DNA from: Candidatus Parcubacteria bacterium
GTDB lineage: Bacteria; Patescibacteriota; Minisyncoccia; Phycocordibacterales; EsbW-18
Reading direction: 5' to 3'
NCBI GenBank assembly: GCA_039798445.1
Contig: JBDKFZ010000012.1
Coordinates: forward strand, 2,407 to 66,406
DNA: 64,000 nucleotides
The notes under the pieces are model-generated. The model was not told the DNA's origin. It made no database searches and saw only the letters and a list, made by a program, of their open reading frames with translations. Positions 21,640-31,068 of this stretch are shown here, one piece after another. Numbering within the stretch: position 1 is the stretch's first letter; each line of letters opens with the position of its first letter. Position numbers and translations under genes: made by a program.

Positions 21640-22239
21640 CTACAAGTTGATGCCCGTCACGAGACTAAAGAGTCCCCTCACAATCGGACCCAAGACCGGC
21701 GAAAGAAAGATGACAAATATGACGACGAGAAAGAAACCGTACTTCTCGAGAAAGAAGCGTGCCTGCTGAGCTCTATATGGAAGAAGTGCAAAGAGAATCT
21801 TGGAGCCGTCGAGTGGTGGGATTGGCACGAGGTTAAAGACCGCGAGGCTGATGTTAACCAAGACGATAATCGCAAACACATCAAACATCGCCTGTGGCAC
21901 GGCCACAAATCGCATCGCAAGACCAAAGATGAGCATAAGCGCAAAGTTGGATGCGGGACCTGCGAGTGCGACGAGTGCTTCTCCCCAGACACCGTGGCGG
22001 AGATTGTAGGGGTTGTAGGGAACCGGCTTTGCCCATCCAAAGATGAATCCTCCCGAGATACTCGTGATGATTGGCAACAGAACCGAACCGATCGGATCGA
22101 TGTGTGGAATCGGGTTCAAGGTGAGCCGTCCGGCATAGCGGGCAGTCGGGTCACCGAGCCACTCTGCGACATAGCCGTGAGCAACCTCGTGGATGATGAT
22201 GGAGAGTATCAATATGACGATGCCAATGAGGGTTTCCAT
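21640..22239 (-). CDS. site-2 protease family (peptidase M50) small membrane metalloprotease
   Basis: HEVAH (HExxH) in TM1, the LNPIPHIDP motif, and the NLVPIPPLDGSKI motif (199 aa). Confidence 0.8.
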   Translation of the reverse strand: METLIGIVILILSIIIHEVAHGYVAEWLGDPTARYAGRLTLNPIPHIDPIGSVLLPIITSISGGFIFGWAKPVPYNPYNLRHGVWGEALVALAGPASNFALMLIFGLAMRFVAVPQAMFDVFAIIVLVNISLAVFNLVPIPPLDGSKILFALLPYRAQQARFFLEKYGFFLVVIFVIFLSPVLGPIVRGLFSLVTGINL

Positions 22240-22292
22240 GGGTATCTTGCGATATCGTATTCGTATGATATCATCATGGTCTCAATAAATGT

Positions 22293-22550
22293 ATGCCAAA
22301 AGTCTGTGTCGTAACAGGAAAGACGGGAATCATGGGCGGTCGCTACAGCAACCGTGTTCGTGCTACCCAGTTTAACCCCGGCGTAAAGCGCGGTAAGGTT
22401 CGTCGTAAGGCAAACCTCCAGAAGCGCCGTCTTTTCGTCCCTGAAACCGGCAAGACCGTCACGGTCACCATCTCGAACCGCGGCATGAAGACAGTCCGCA
22501 AGAACGGCGTTTACGCCACCCTCAAGAAAGCAGGCGTCATCAAGAAATAA
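22293..22550 (+). CDS. rpmB: 50S ribosomal protein L28
   Basis: MPKVCVVTGKTGIMGGRYSNRVRATQFNPG...RRLFVPETGKTVTVTISNRGMKTVRKNG; L28 family pattern. Confidence 0.8.
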   Translation: MPKVCVVTGKTGIMGGRYSNRVRATQFNPGVKRGKVRRKANLQKRRLFVPETGKTVTVTISNRGMKTVRKNGVYATLKKAGVIKK

Positions 22551-22573
22551 ACTCTCCTCCTCAAGCCCCGCTC

Positions 22574-22600
22574 ACCGCGGGGTTTGTTCTATCTCATAAA
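22574..22600. terminator. rho-independent terminator after rpmB (also downstream of the convergent MBL gene)
   Basis: ccccgc-tcac-cgcgggg followed by tttgttct. Confidence 0.65.
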
Positions 22601-23443
22601 CCGAAGCGTCTTCCCATCACTCTCAAAAACGATAGTCCCCTCTTCAAAGGTAGCGAGTATCGTCGTGCTTGCGGCGACCAGCCGAGCGACAACCTCCTCA
22701 TGCGGATGCCCGTACGAATTATCCTTCCCTGCTGAAATGATTGTGTAGTCGGGATCAACAGCATCAAGGAACTCTTGCGAGGTGGATGTCTTCGAGCCAT
22801 GGTGCCCTGCTTTGAGGATGTCACTCGTAAGATGAGACTCCATCGAGACGAGATGGGTTTCGGTCTCATCGGGCGCGTCGCCGGTAAGCATCACTTCGGT
22901 CTCGCCATAAACAAGTTGAGCGACAATCGATGCGCTGTTGGTCTCCGCTCCATCCATATCTTTGTCGGGATAGAGAATGCGGAGGTACGCTCCCCCACCC
23001 AAATCGATGACCTGACCTCGACGCGCTTCGTGATAGACAACGTCTCTTTCTTGAGCACGCATATCAGCATAGAAATCGTACCCTTCGGTATCGGCTTCAA
23101 GCCCAGGGTCGAGCACCACATCAATATCGTATTGCTCAAACACGTACGGCAATCCGCCAATGTGGTCTTTGTCTGGATGTGTCGCAATCACCACATCAAT
23201 CGAACGATCAAAGAACGGCATGACCGATGCAAGCTGAGCCAAAACATCTCGATCGATACCACCGTCGATGAGCACCTGACGCCCTGTTGGGCTTTGTATA
23301 AAAATAGAATCCCCTTGTCCGATATCAAGAAACGCGACCGTGAGTTTTTTCTCCGGCATGTCATACGCCATCCAAGCGAGTGCAACAGCGCTCGCGACAA
23401 TGAGATAGAGAACGACGAGCCGGAGCCAGTGCTTCATACGCAC
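22589..23443 (-). CDS. ComEC/Rec2-type metallo-beta-lactamase-fold protein (stand-alone MBL domain with N-terminal TM)
   Basis: DIGQGDSIFIQSP...VVIATHPDKDHIGGL...LKAGHHGSKTSTSQEFLDAV...YGHPH: MBL motifs as found in the C-terminal domain of ComEC. Confidence 0.75.
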   Translation of the reverse strand: MRMKHWLRLVVLYLIVASAVALAWMAYDMPEKKLTVAFLDIGQGDSIFIQSPTGRQVLIDGGIDRDVLAQLASVMPFFDRSIDVVIATHPDKDHIGGLPYVFEQYDIDVVLDPGLEADTEGYDFYADMRAQERDVVYHEARRGQVIDLGGGAYLRILYPDKDMDGAETNSASIVAQLVYGETEVMLTGDAPDETETHLVSMESHLTSDILKAGHHGSKTSTSQEFLDAVDPDYTIISAGKDNSYGHPHEEVVARLVAASTTILATFEEGTIVFESDGKTLRFMR

Positions 23444-23577
23444 AGTGTAACGTGGTGGAGATGAGATTGGGGTAAAAGAAAACGGCGCAGACGAGCTTTC
23501 TCAATCCCGAGGGATCGATAGGCTGTCTGCGCCGCAAGGCGTCAATCAGTAGAGAGGGCGGGTCAGTTGTCGGCGGA

Positions 23578-24486
23578 CTACTCCTTGTTCTCGGCAGTCG
23601 TCACCGTGATCTTCGTGGCGCCGGCGCGGGCCACTGAGACCTGCTGACCGAGCGATGCGAGCCCACGCGACTCGTAGACCTTCATGGCGGTCATCATGTC
23701 GATGGCCAATCGGGTCTGATCCTCGGGGGTCGGCACGAAGGACAGGAAGTTCAGGCGGACACCCTTATCCTCGAGACGCTTGTTGACCTCCTCGAGGAGT
23801 CGATCTTCGAACTCGGCTTGCGAGAAGTCGATGATGTCCTCCTTGATGAGCAGGCCGGTAACGACGTCGCGCAAACGCTTGTCGATGACGGTGTTCTCCG
23901 CCGACTCGTAAGCGCTCGACGAGTTGCTCTGATCCTGAGCGTCGCTGTTCTCCTTGCCGAGGTACTTGGCCTCGCCGATGAACTTCATCGCGTCGAAGAT
24001 GATGTACTCGTAGGGAATCTCGACGCCAGCGATGACGCGGTCCTTGAAACTCGTTTTGAACCGCGTCTCACCCTGCATGGGGTAGTCCGGCACCGTGACC
24101 TTGTAGGAACACGGGCCAATCATCGCGGGGAGGACCTTCCCAGGCTGCACGAGCTCCCAATCAACACCGCAGTCGCTGGTGACCAGCGTCTGCACGTTGG
24201 CGTGAGAACGTGCGCATCCGGAGGTACCGATCCCGCAGAGCGCGAGAACTAGGCCGACGCCGAGACCCGCACTTCGGGAAGGAACCTCTGCCCGAAGAAT
24301 GGCGCGGATGAGCTGGTAGCCACCCCACACCAACACGATGGGCCAGACGGCACCGAACAGGATGGTGAGGTAGATCGGCGCCGAGACGTAGTACTGCCCG
24401 ACGAAGAACGTCTGGAACCAGGACATCAGCAGACCGAGATCCCCCAACACCACCAGCGCGATGCTCAACCCTTTGAGAAATTTCAT
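23578..24486 (-). CDS. hypothetical membrane protein (4 TM N-terminal, then soluble domain), GC-rich island of about 67% GC
   Basis: 302-aa ORF. GC is far above neighbours (a sampled 60-nt stretch gave 40 G+C). Several other frames are open in the same region, so the coding frame is a judgement call. Confidence 0.5.
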   Translation of the reverse strand: MKFLKGLSIALVVLGDLGLLMSWFQTFFVGQYYVSAPIYLTILFGAVWPIVLVWGGYQLIRAILRAEVPSRSAGLGVGLVLALCGIGTSGCARSHANVQTLVTSDCGVDWELVQPGKVLPAMIGPCSYKVTVPDYPMQGETRFKTSFKDRVIAGVEIPYEYIIFDAMKFIGEAKYLGKENSDAQDQSNSSSAYESAENTVIDKRLRDVVTGLLIKEDIIDFSQAEFEDRLLEEVNKRLEDKGVRLNFLSFVPTPEDQTRLAIDMMTAMKVYESRGLASLGQQVSVARAGATKITVTTAENKE

Positions 24487-24695
24487 GTCTTCTCTCCCTT
24501 TTTTGACGAAGAACTACTATCGAGCAACAGGCCTGTGAACACATGTCACAAGTCCTATTGTTCTGAAGGTATTATAGCAGTTATAAAACATAAGTCAAGG
24601 TTTACAGGAGTTTTAAAAGTTACATAAAACAAAACACCCCGCACATTTCTGTGCAAGGCATTTTGACTTGTCCTCCGAAGCTCGAGCGAAGAGGA

Positions 24696-25277
24696 TTAGT
24701 TGAGTGCGTAGAAGGCAAATCGGATACGGCTGGTGACAGGGTCAGCGACCGTGTGAGCAGGCTCAAGACCAACTGCCCATGACGGCGTGTTCATGACGGA
24801 GATTGGAGAATAGAAGTGCATCACGTCTGACGAAAGCGGGTTGAGGTCGGCGTCAGCGTAATAGACAGAACGTGCGATTGAAACGGCACTATCCCATGAA
24901 GGGCTCGAGTCCTGGTAGCTCATCGAGACGTTGATCGAGTACTGCTTGTCTGTCGCATGCATACCAGAAAACTGGCCACGGGCGAGGACAACGTCTTCGT
25001 ATGAATCACCGCCGTATGCGCCTGACTCGACGCGGTTACGGATGACCCACGCAACGAGTTCCTGCTCGCTGGCCTTCTTGGTCTCAGAATAGATCGTTCG
25101 GGCGAACCAGAGGATCTCATCATCAACCTTGGAGAAACCGAGGACACTAATCGATGCAGCTTCAGCATGGTTGCTCAAAAGCGTGATGTTCGATGTGAAC
25201 GCAAGGGCTCCGAGGAGGGCACAAACGGCCGTCTTTGCGAAAAGCCTATAAAGGTTCTTGATTTTTGTATTTTGCAT
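24696..25277 (-). CDS. cell-wall hydrolase, SleB/CwlJ-like (Hydrolase_2), secreted
   Basis: WFARTIYSETKKASEQELVAWVIRNRVESGAYGGDSYEDVVLARGQFSG. Likely start at the internal Met (MQNTKIKNLYRLFAKTAVCALLGALAFTS signal peptide); the exact start coordinate is uncertain by a few nt. Confidence 0.7.
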   Translation of the reverse strand: MQNTKIKNLYRLFAKTAVCALLGALAFTSNITLLSNHAEAASISVLGFSKVDDEILWFARTIYSETKKASEQELVAWVIRNRVESGAYGGDSYEDVVLARGQFSGMHATDKQYSINVSMSYQDSSPSWDSAVSIARSVYYADADLNPLSSDVMHFYSPISVMNTPSWAVGLEPAHTVADPVTSRIRFAFYALN

Positions 25278-25486
25278 AGTGCCTTCCTCAACGAAAAAAG
25301 CCGCCCCGGAGGACGGCTCTTTCCGAAAAGAAAGATGCCTTATTATAGCAGGGCTACTTTTTTTGTCAATAGCACCCCACAAGAAGCTATTTTGGTCAAG
25401 TCTTGCAACCACCAGACAGCCTAATGGAGCCGTTTTATGGCCATGTTATACTTATTTTGCTTATAAGCCCCCTAAGACTATCTTTT

Positions 25487-26092
25487 ATGACAGCTACCCC
25501 CTACTCAGCCCGCCAGTTCACCCTTCCGGAGGTTTCCGGTATCTCTCCCAAGACATTTGAGACCCATATCAAGCTCTACGAAGGCTATGTAAAACAGGCC
25601 AATGTCGTTTTGGGCAAGATCGAGGAGTATTCCAAGGATTCTGAGGCAAATGCCTATGCCTTGGGTGAGCTCCAGCGACGCTTTGCCTTCGAATTCGATG
25701 GTATGCGAAACCACGAATACTACTTTGGCGCTCTTGAGGGTGGTCCAAAAGCCCTCCCCACAGACAGTGCTCTCGCCCAAGCAATCACCGAAACTTGGGG
25801 CAGCGTTGATGCCTTCATGGCCCGATTCAAGGCTATCGCCCTTACCCGCGGCATCGGCTGGGCGATGCTCTACCATGATCCAACCGCCAAGCGTCTTTTG
25901 ACCCAGTGGGTCGACGAACAGCACTTGGGCCACCTCACCGGCCTTTCCCCTATCGTCACCTTGGACATGTGGGAACACTCATATCTTTTGGATTACGCTC
26001 CTGCCGACAAGGCTAAATACGCTGCAGCATATCTCGATGCTCTCAACTGGGAGACGGTAGCTCAGTGGTACGAGGAAGCTTCGGCACAATAA
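25487..26092 (+). CDS. superoxide dismutase, Fe/Mn family
   Basis: DMWEHSYLLDY motif, FEFDGMRNHEYYF, GWAMLY. The ATG giving MTATPYSARQF is at 25487; the ORF track begins at an upstream TTG. Confidence 0.9.
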   Translation: MTATPYSARQFTLPEVSGISPKTFETHIKLYEGYVKQANVVLGKIEEYSKDSEANAYALGELQRRFAFEFDGMRNHEYYFGALEGGPKALPTDSALAQAITETWGSVDAFMARFKAIALTRGIGWAMLYHDPTAKRLLTQWVDEQHLGHLTGLSPIVTLDMWEHSYLLDYAPADKAKYAAAYLDALNWETVAQWYEEASAQ

Positions 26093-26201
26093 GTGGTCAC
26101 ACTTTCGCTGCGTGGTCCGTGTTTTGTCCTCGCAAGCTCGGAAAAACCCGGATCCACTTCGCTCTGCGCCATACATTTGGAGTTTTCTAATTGCCAATTG
26201 C
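26093..26201 (+). repeat. ~110-bp repeat element A1 (inverted copy A2 at 39437..39548)
   Basis: The reverse complement of 26093..26201 aligns to 39437..39548 with about 88% identity, including a shared terminal motif gcaattggcaatt. Fills the convergent sod / comEC intergenic region and abuts the comEC stop codon. Confidence 0.85.
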
Positions 26202-27641
26202 TTATTGCTTCTTACTGAATAGTACCCAGCATCCGATTACCACATACAGACCAACAAGCACCCACACGGACATCACTCCCACATCCACCAACATCGACGG
26301 AAAGCTGTCAGCGATTTTGACGATCCAAAAGACGTACGCACCCACTGCTTCGATGAGAATTGAAAATGGTAGAGCGACGAACGCGCCGAAGAATCCTGCA
26401 ACGCCTGCCGCCAATGAACCAATCATAAAAAGCGGCATCGTTGGGAGCACCACGAGATTTGCCGGGAGTGTGAGGAGATTCGTCATTCCCGATTGATATA
26501 AGAGGATAGGAGTCACGGCGGTCTGCGCGCCGAGCGTCGTTCCGAGCGTCTCGCGCAATCCGCCCGTCTCGGGAACCCACGTCAGATGTTTGGCATACAG
26601 CGGCGCGATAGAAACAAGCCCCCATGTGGCCAAGAAAGAGAGTTGGAACGATGGATCGTACAGAAGGATATATGGAACATGAAAAATCATGAGGCACCCC
26701 GCCAACATGAGCGAACGGGTCACGTTGTAGCGCCGCTTCACCACGCGCGCGAGCACAGTGAGCCCGGCCATAATGCCCGCACGGATAGCCGTTGATGAGG
26801 CTCCGGCGATCATGATGTAAACCACAATGCCGACAATGCTCCCCAACGAGCCGACAACTGTTGAAAAGGAGCTGAACATAGTGCGGACAAAGTCTCCCGC
26901 CATGGTGATGTTGTAGCCCGAGACCACGATGATGTGGATCAACCCCGCGATGCGGAATGCCTCCTCGTCATCTTGAGACAAAGCACCTTCAACACCAAGC
27001 ACAACACCCGAAGCTAACCCCGCCGAAGGTTCTGATACGCTTCGCTCGATGCTCTCAACGAACGAATGTTTTACTTTGATAAAGAACGCGCGGATTGGAT
27101 TTCCTTGGTCAGCTTCAATAAGCGTCGCGCTCCCCCGCTTGATCACATGGAATATCCCCTTTCGAGCCAAGAAGCTCGGATAATCGAACGTGCGTCCCAA
27201 ATCGGTTTCGAATGCTTCAGGTAATTCGAGCTTTCCTTCGACCATCACTTTGTCGCCATAGGAGAATATTGGATATGACGGAACAGAAACCGAGATGTCT
27301 TCCCTCCCCACATCAACCAGTATCTTCTGCCCTTTCGGACTCATCTGCGGGTCATCGCTGATGATGCCCTCGAGCGTTATTGACTCGCCGATGCGTTCTA
27401 TCACCATCGGATCGCCTGCAAAAAGCCGCGAATGGTACGAGCGGGCGATGCCAAGTCCAAAGCACATGAGAAATATCGCGATGCAGACGAGCGCTCTTTT
27501 CTCTGACCTGAACATCAAAATGGATGCGATGCCGACAAGCACGGCCTCGGCGCCATATTCCCAACCCACATCCCAAAGAAACTGAAGCGCTACACCCCCA
27601 AGGAATCCCCAGAATCCTGCATGAACAAAAGCAGAGCGCAT
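26202..27641 (-). CDS. comEC: competence protein ComEC/Rec2 membrane channel (N-terminal OB-like domain plus competence domain, no MBL domain)
   Basis: About 480 aa with many TM helices: LIHIIVVSGYNITMAG, FQLSFLATWGLVS. The ATG (MRSAFVHAGFWGFLGG) is at 27641; the ORF-track start 27689 is a TTG inside repeat B2. Confidence 0.8.
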   Translation of the reverse strand: MRSAFVHAGFWGFLGGVALQFLWDVGWEYGAEAVLVGIASILMFRSEKRALVCIAIFLMCFGLGIARSYHSRLFAGDPMVIERIGESITLEGIISDDPQMSPKGQKILVDVGREDISVSVPSYPIFSYGDKVMVEGKLELPEAFETDLGRTFDYPSFLARKGIFHVIKRGSATLIEADQGNPIRAFFIKVKHSFVESIERSVSEPSAGLASGVVLGVEGALSQDDEEAFRIAGLIHIIVVSGYNITMAGDFVRTMFSSFSTVVGSLGSIVGIVVYIMIAGASSTAIRAGIMAGLTVLARVVKRRYNVTRSLMLAGCLMIFHVPYILLYDPSFQLSFLATWGLVSIAPLYAKHLTWVPETGGLRETLGTTLGAQTAVTPILLYQSGMTNLLTLPANLVVLPTMPLFMIGSLAAGVAGFFGAFVALPFSILIEAVGAYVFWIVKIADSFPSMLVDVGVMSVWVLVGLYVVIGCWVLFSKKQ

Positions 27642-27680
27642 GGCATGACCATACGCTCTGACCCATGAAAAGAATTTAAA

Positions 27681-27789
27681 GCGAAGCAACCTGTCCCTCC
27701 AAGGAGCCTACGGAGCGCGACTGGCGCGAGTCGAGCGGCGAGCTAGCAAGCGAGACCGCGTGCTCCTTGGAGGGAGCAGGGAGCGGAGC
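27681..27789 (+). repeat. GC-rich ~110-bp palindromic repeat element, copy B2 (copy B1 at 1359..1467)
   Basis: Near-identical to B1. Lies between the mscL stop and the comEC start. Confidence 0.8.
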
Positions 27790-27790
27790 T

Positions 27791-28084
27791 TTACCCTTCC
27801 TTCTTCATATCCAACCTATCAAGCTTGAGGCCTTTGAAACCAAAGTAGATGACGGCTGCGATGATGAGGAAGTCGATAATCGATGCCACGAAGCTTCCGA
27901 GCAATACCGGTCCAATCATCATGTCCGCAAGTCCGCCGATGTTACCAAACAGCATTCCGATGAGAGGATTGATGACGTCAGTGACGAACGATGTAACGAC
28001 TTTTGATACTGCACCACCGAGGATAAAACCAATTGCCAATCCGATGACTCCCTGCTCTCTCACGAATTGTATGAATCCTGTCAT
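27791..28084 (-). CDS. mscL: large-conductance mechanosensitive channel
   Basis: MTGFIQFVREQGVIGLAIGFILGGAVSKVVTSFVTDVINPLIG... Confidence 0.9.
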   Translation of the reverse strand: MTGFIQFVREQGVIGLAIGFILGGAVSKVVTSFVTDVINPLIGMLFGNIGGLADMMIGPVLLGSFVASIIDFLIIAAVIYFGFKGLKLDRLDMKKEG

Positions 28085-28088
28085 AAAA

Positions 28089-28511
28089 TTATTTATTTAA
28101 ATGTTCATCCATCGCCTCGTTCGCAAGCTCATCGGCCGCACCATTCTCCTCACGCATCACATGAACGAATGAGATGCTTGGGAACTTGGCGATGAGCGTG
28201 CCAACTTTGGCAAATTGGAGTTTGAGTCCAGCGTCTTTTACTTTGTATTCTTTTCGAAGCTGTTTGATTACGAGCTCGCTGTCCATGCGGACTTCAACAT
28301 GATTCTCCTTTCTCCCCTCTTGTGGAGCAAGGGTGTCCAACTCGCCAAGCGCGCGGATGAGCGCTTCGTACTCGGCCTGATTGTTGGTTGTCTCACCGAT
28401 GTACGCTTTGCCCGTCTTGATGACAGCGCCATCCTGCTGAATAACAAAACCGATGCCCGACGGCCCCGGATTACCTCTCGCTCCCCCGTCTGTGTTTACG
28501 ATAAATTTCAT
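28089..28511 (-). CDS. rnhA: ribonuclease HI
   Basis: MKFIVNTDGGARGNPGPSGIGFVI...AEYEALIRAL...VHVMREENGAADELAN. ATG at 28511; the ORF track extends upstream to 28661 through GC-rich DNA. Confidence 0.85.
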   Translation of the reverse strand: MKFIVNTDGGARGNPGPSGIGFVIQQDGAVIKTGKAYIGETTNNQAEYEALIRALGELDTLAPQEGRKENHVEVRMDSELVIKQLRKEYKVKDAGLKLQFAKVGTLIAKFPSISFVHVMREENGAADELANEAMDEHLNK

Positions 28512-28519
28512 GTGCCATG

Positions 28520-28530
28520 AGTATACCAAA
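28520..28530 (-). promoter_or_regulatory. extended -10 box TGGTATACT about 8 nt upstream of the rnhA ATG (possible leaderless transcript)
   Basis: Minus strand reads tttGGTATACTcatggcacATG. Confidence 0.35.
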
Positions 28531-28578
28531 CGAAACCCGCCCGCCAGCCTCAAGTTGAGGGTGGCGGGACGGTGGGGT

Positions 28579-28881
28579 TCACGCGTGAAGCATGAATGTG
28601 TCGGTGGAGATCGACTTCTCCGGCGAAACGTAGTGGTACTGGGACTGCTTGAGCTTCCCACGTTTCACCAGCCGACTGAGCGCAGAATTGACTTCGAACG
28701 CTCTGATGAAATACGGCTTGTGCTCGAGCTCGTCGGGCCAGGAAGAGAACTTGACCCTCCGGACGATGCTGCGCCGATGGGTTCGCGAATCCTCGGCGGG
28801 CAAGTCACGAGGGGCGACGTCCATGACCAGGATCTCGACAGCCTTCCGTCGCTTCTCCAACCAGCGCTTGATGAAGTTCAT
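28579..28881 (-). CDS. hypothetical small basic protein (100 aa) in a GC-rich island
   Basis: ORF in roughly 60% GC DNA between rnhA and recJ. A 14-bp GC palindrome (cccgccagcctcaa g ttgagggtggcggg) lies just downstream. No domain recognised. Confidence 0.35.
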   Translation of the reverse strand: MNFIKRWLEKRRKAVEILVMDVAPRDLPAEDSRTHRRSIVRRVKFSSWPDELEHKPYFIRAFEVNSALSRLVKRGKLKQSQYHYVSPEKSISTDTFMLHA

Positions 28882-28938
28882 TGAAACCTCCGGAACAGGT
28901 GCCGACCATTCGGCGATTCTAGATATTGTATACGCCTT

Positions 28939-30591
28939 CTACGACAAAATATCAACGATACGCAATCTGATGCCTCGACGCTTTCCGAATGCATCTTCTT
29001 CGATATGTGCGAGAAGCGAGACCGTCTCCCCCGCTCTTACGCCCTTGAGCTTCTCCTCAGAAAAGAATTGGATCGCAGAAACAGCGCCATTATCACCCAA
29101 CGTAAGACGTGTGTGCTGTTTTTCTTTACCAAAAGGCTCTGCACCTGATACCAAACAATCTTTGAAAAGGAAGACCGGCTTCTTGTTGCCTGCACCAAAC
29201 GGTGCCATGCGCTGTACATCCATGTGCATCGTGTAATTCACATCAGAGAGTGCGAGTTCGGCATCGTGTTCAGGTATTTCTTCTTGTGCTATCGCAACAG
29301 CACGACCAAGCGCTTCGGAAAGCGATTCTTCGAGACGGACGATGTGCTGGACCGTCGTTGAAAATCCGCCCGAGTGTTTATGTCCGCCGTACTCAACAAA
29401 ACATTCTTTGGCTTCTGTCATGAGGAGCATGATGTCGACACCACCACCCGAACGACATGAGCCTTTGATCATTGTTGATTCGCCTTGGCCCCACACGAAT
29501 GCGGGGCGATTGTATGTTTCGGCGACCTTGGTGGCAGCGAGACCGAGCAGACCAGGACGCCAGTGTGTATTGCCGACGACGACCACTGACGGGATCTCTT
29601 CGCGCGAAGCGAGCATCGCATTAATTTCTTTTGTCATCGATGCAACAGCGCCTTTGCGGCTGTTGTTGACGCCCTCGAGATGTTCGGCAAGTAGGTCTGC
29701 TTCTTGCATCGTTGTTGCAGCAAGGAGTCGGAACGCGGCCTCGGGCTCGTCCATGCGCGATGCAGCGTTGATGCGCGGCGTGATGGTGAAAACCACATCA
29801 TCATCGGTGAGATATCGCTGACGGATTCGAGCACGATCACACAGTGCACGAATACCCGGACGCGGAGATTTGCGCAGCACCATGAGGCCGTAATGCGCGA
29901 GTGCGCGATTCTCACCAGTGAGCGCAACCATGTCGGAGAGCGTTGCAATGCCGACCATATCCAAAAGCCATTTTTCCCATCCAAATGGAATGTCGGCGAC
30001 GCGCGGGTCATTGTCGAAACGAAGCTGTGCGATCACCGCTTGGACGACTTTGTATGCAACACCGGCTCCACACAAAGATTTATTCGGATATTCATCTCCG
30101 ATCTTATTGGGATTCACGACGATACATTTTGGTGCGCCCTCCTCCCCCTCTTGGTGATGATCGATGACGATGACATCGATGCCTGCAGCCATGGCGCGAT
30201 CGATGCGAGTCGCGTCGCCCATTCCACAGTCAATAGTAATGAGAAGTTTCACGCCGTTGTCGATGCATTCGTCGACGACACGCTCGTTGAGACCGAATCC
30301 TTCGGTGTTGCGGTGTGGAATCGAGATGGAAAAATCCTTCGCTCCGAGCTTCGTGAGTGCGTCGTTCATCAAAACAGCTGAGGGGATTCCATCAGCGTCG
30401 AAATCGGTGAAGACTTTGATTTTCTCCCCTTCCCTCAGCGCTGTGATAATGCGCTCGACCACCTTGTCCATGTCAGACAAGAGCATCGGATCAAGGACAT
30501 GCTTTGCATAGTCAGGAAAAAGGAAGGTCTCGATGTCTTCCTCGGTGGTTATGCCCCGCAAAGCAAGGAGTTTTTTGAGCAGTTCGGTCAT
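28939..30591 (-). CDS. recJ: single-stranded-DNA-specific exonuclease RecJ
   Basis: DHH motifs DFDADGI, VIVIDHH, GGHKHSGGF. ATG (MTELLKKLLALRGI) at 30591. Confidence 0.9.
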   Translation of the reverse strand: MTELLKKLLALRGITTEEDIETFLFPDYAKHVLDPMLLSDMDKVVERIITALREGEKIKVFTDFDADGIPSAVLMNDALTKLGAKDFSISIPHRNTEGFGLNERVVDECIDNGVKLLITIDCGMGDATRIDRAMAAGIDVIVIDHHQEGEEGAPKCIVVNPNKIGDEYPNKSLCGAGVAYKVVQAVIAQLRFDNDPRVADIPFGWEKWLLDMVGIATLSDMVALTGENRALAHYGLMVLRKSPRPGIRALCDRARIRQRYLTDDDVVFTITPRINAASRMDEPEAAFRLLAATTMQEADLLAEHLEGVNNSRKGAVASMTKEINAMLASREEIPSVVVVGNTHWRPGLLGLAATKVAETYNRPAFVWGQGESTMIKGSCRSGGGVDIMLLMTEAKECFVEYGGHKHSGGFSTTVQHIVRLEESLSEALGRAVAIAQEEIPEHDAELALSDVNYTMHMDVQRMAPFGAGNKKPVFLFKDCLVSGAEPFGKEKQHTRLTLGDNGAVSAIQFFSEEKLKGVRAGETVSLLAHIEEDAFGKRRGIRLRIVDILS

Positions 30592-30620
30592 TGGGGTAGC
30601 GATACTATATACTATCAGCC

Positions 30621-31016
30621 ATGAATGACTGTATCTTCTGCAAAATAGCCTCAAAAGAGATCCCTGTTGACCTCGTCTATGAAGATGAACGTATTATCGC
30701 TTTTCTTGATATGAAGCCGATAAACCCCGGCCACACCCTCATTGTTCCCCGGGAGCACGTCGACCACTTCTTCGATATGTCATTACCTGTCTACCAGCAC
30801 GTATTTGATATGGCAAAAAAGATTGCTCCCAAACTAAAGGATGCCATGGGCTCAGCCCGAATAGGGGTTCTCATAGAAGGTCTTGATGTCCCACACGCCC
30901 ACGTGCATCTTATTCCGATAAATGGTGGAAGGGAGATAGACCACGAGCGGGCACGGATGGCCACACCCGAGGAGTTGAAAGAGACGACAGAGAAAATCAA
31001 ATCCGCTCTCCTATAA
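30621..31016 (+). CDS. HIT-family (histidine triad) protein
   Basis: CIFCKI..., VPHAHVHLIP histidine triad. Confidence 0.9.
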   Translation: MNDCIFCKIASKEIPVDLVYEDERIIAFLDMKPINPGHTLIVPREHVDHFFDMSLPVYQHVFDMAKKIAPKLKDAMGSARIGVLIEGLDVPHAHVHLIPINGGREIDHERARMATPEELKETTEKIKSALL

Positions 31017-31022
31017 AAACTA

Positions 31023-31052
31023 CGCCCCGCACGAATGTGCGGGGTTTGCTTC
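31023..31052 (+). terminator. rho-independent terminator after the HIT gene
   Basis: ccccgcacgaatgtgcgggg followed by tttgctt. Confidence 0.75.
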
Positions 31053-31068
31053 AGGGGAGCTGCGGAAA

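Noticed and set aside
27642-27689. ORF-track N-terminal extensions of comEC, the 556..1350 gene, sod, rnhA, recJ, tpiA, pilB, pilC and P2-P4
   Set aside because: The track uses the first TTG, GTG or ATG. In each case a downstream ATG gives a canonical N-terminus (signal peptide or conserved motif), and the upstream extension runs into repeat, terminator or promoter sequence.
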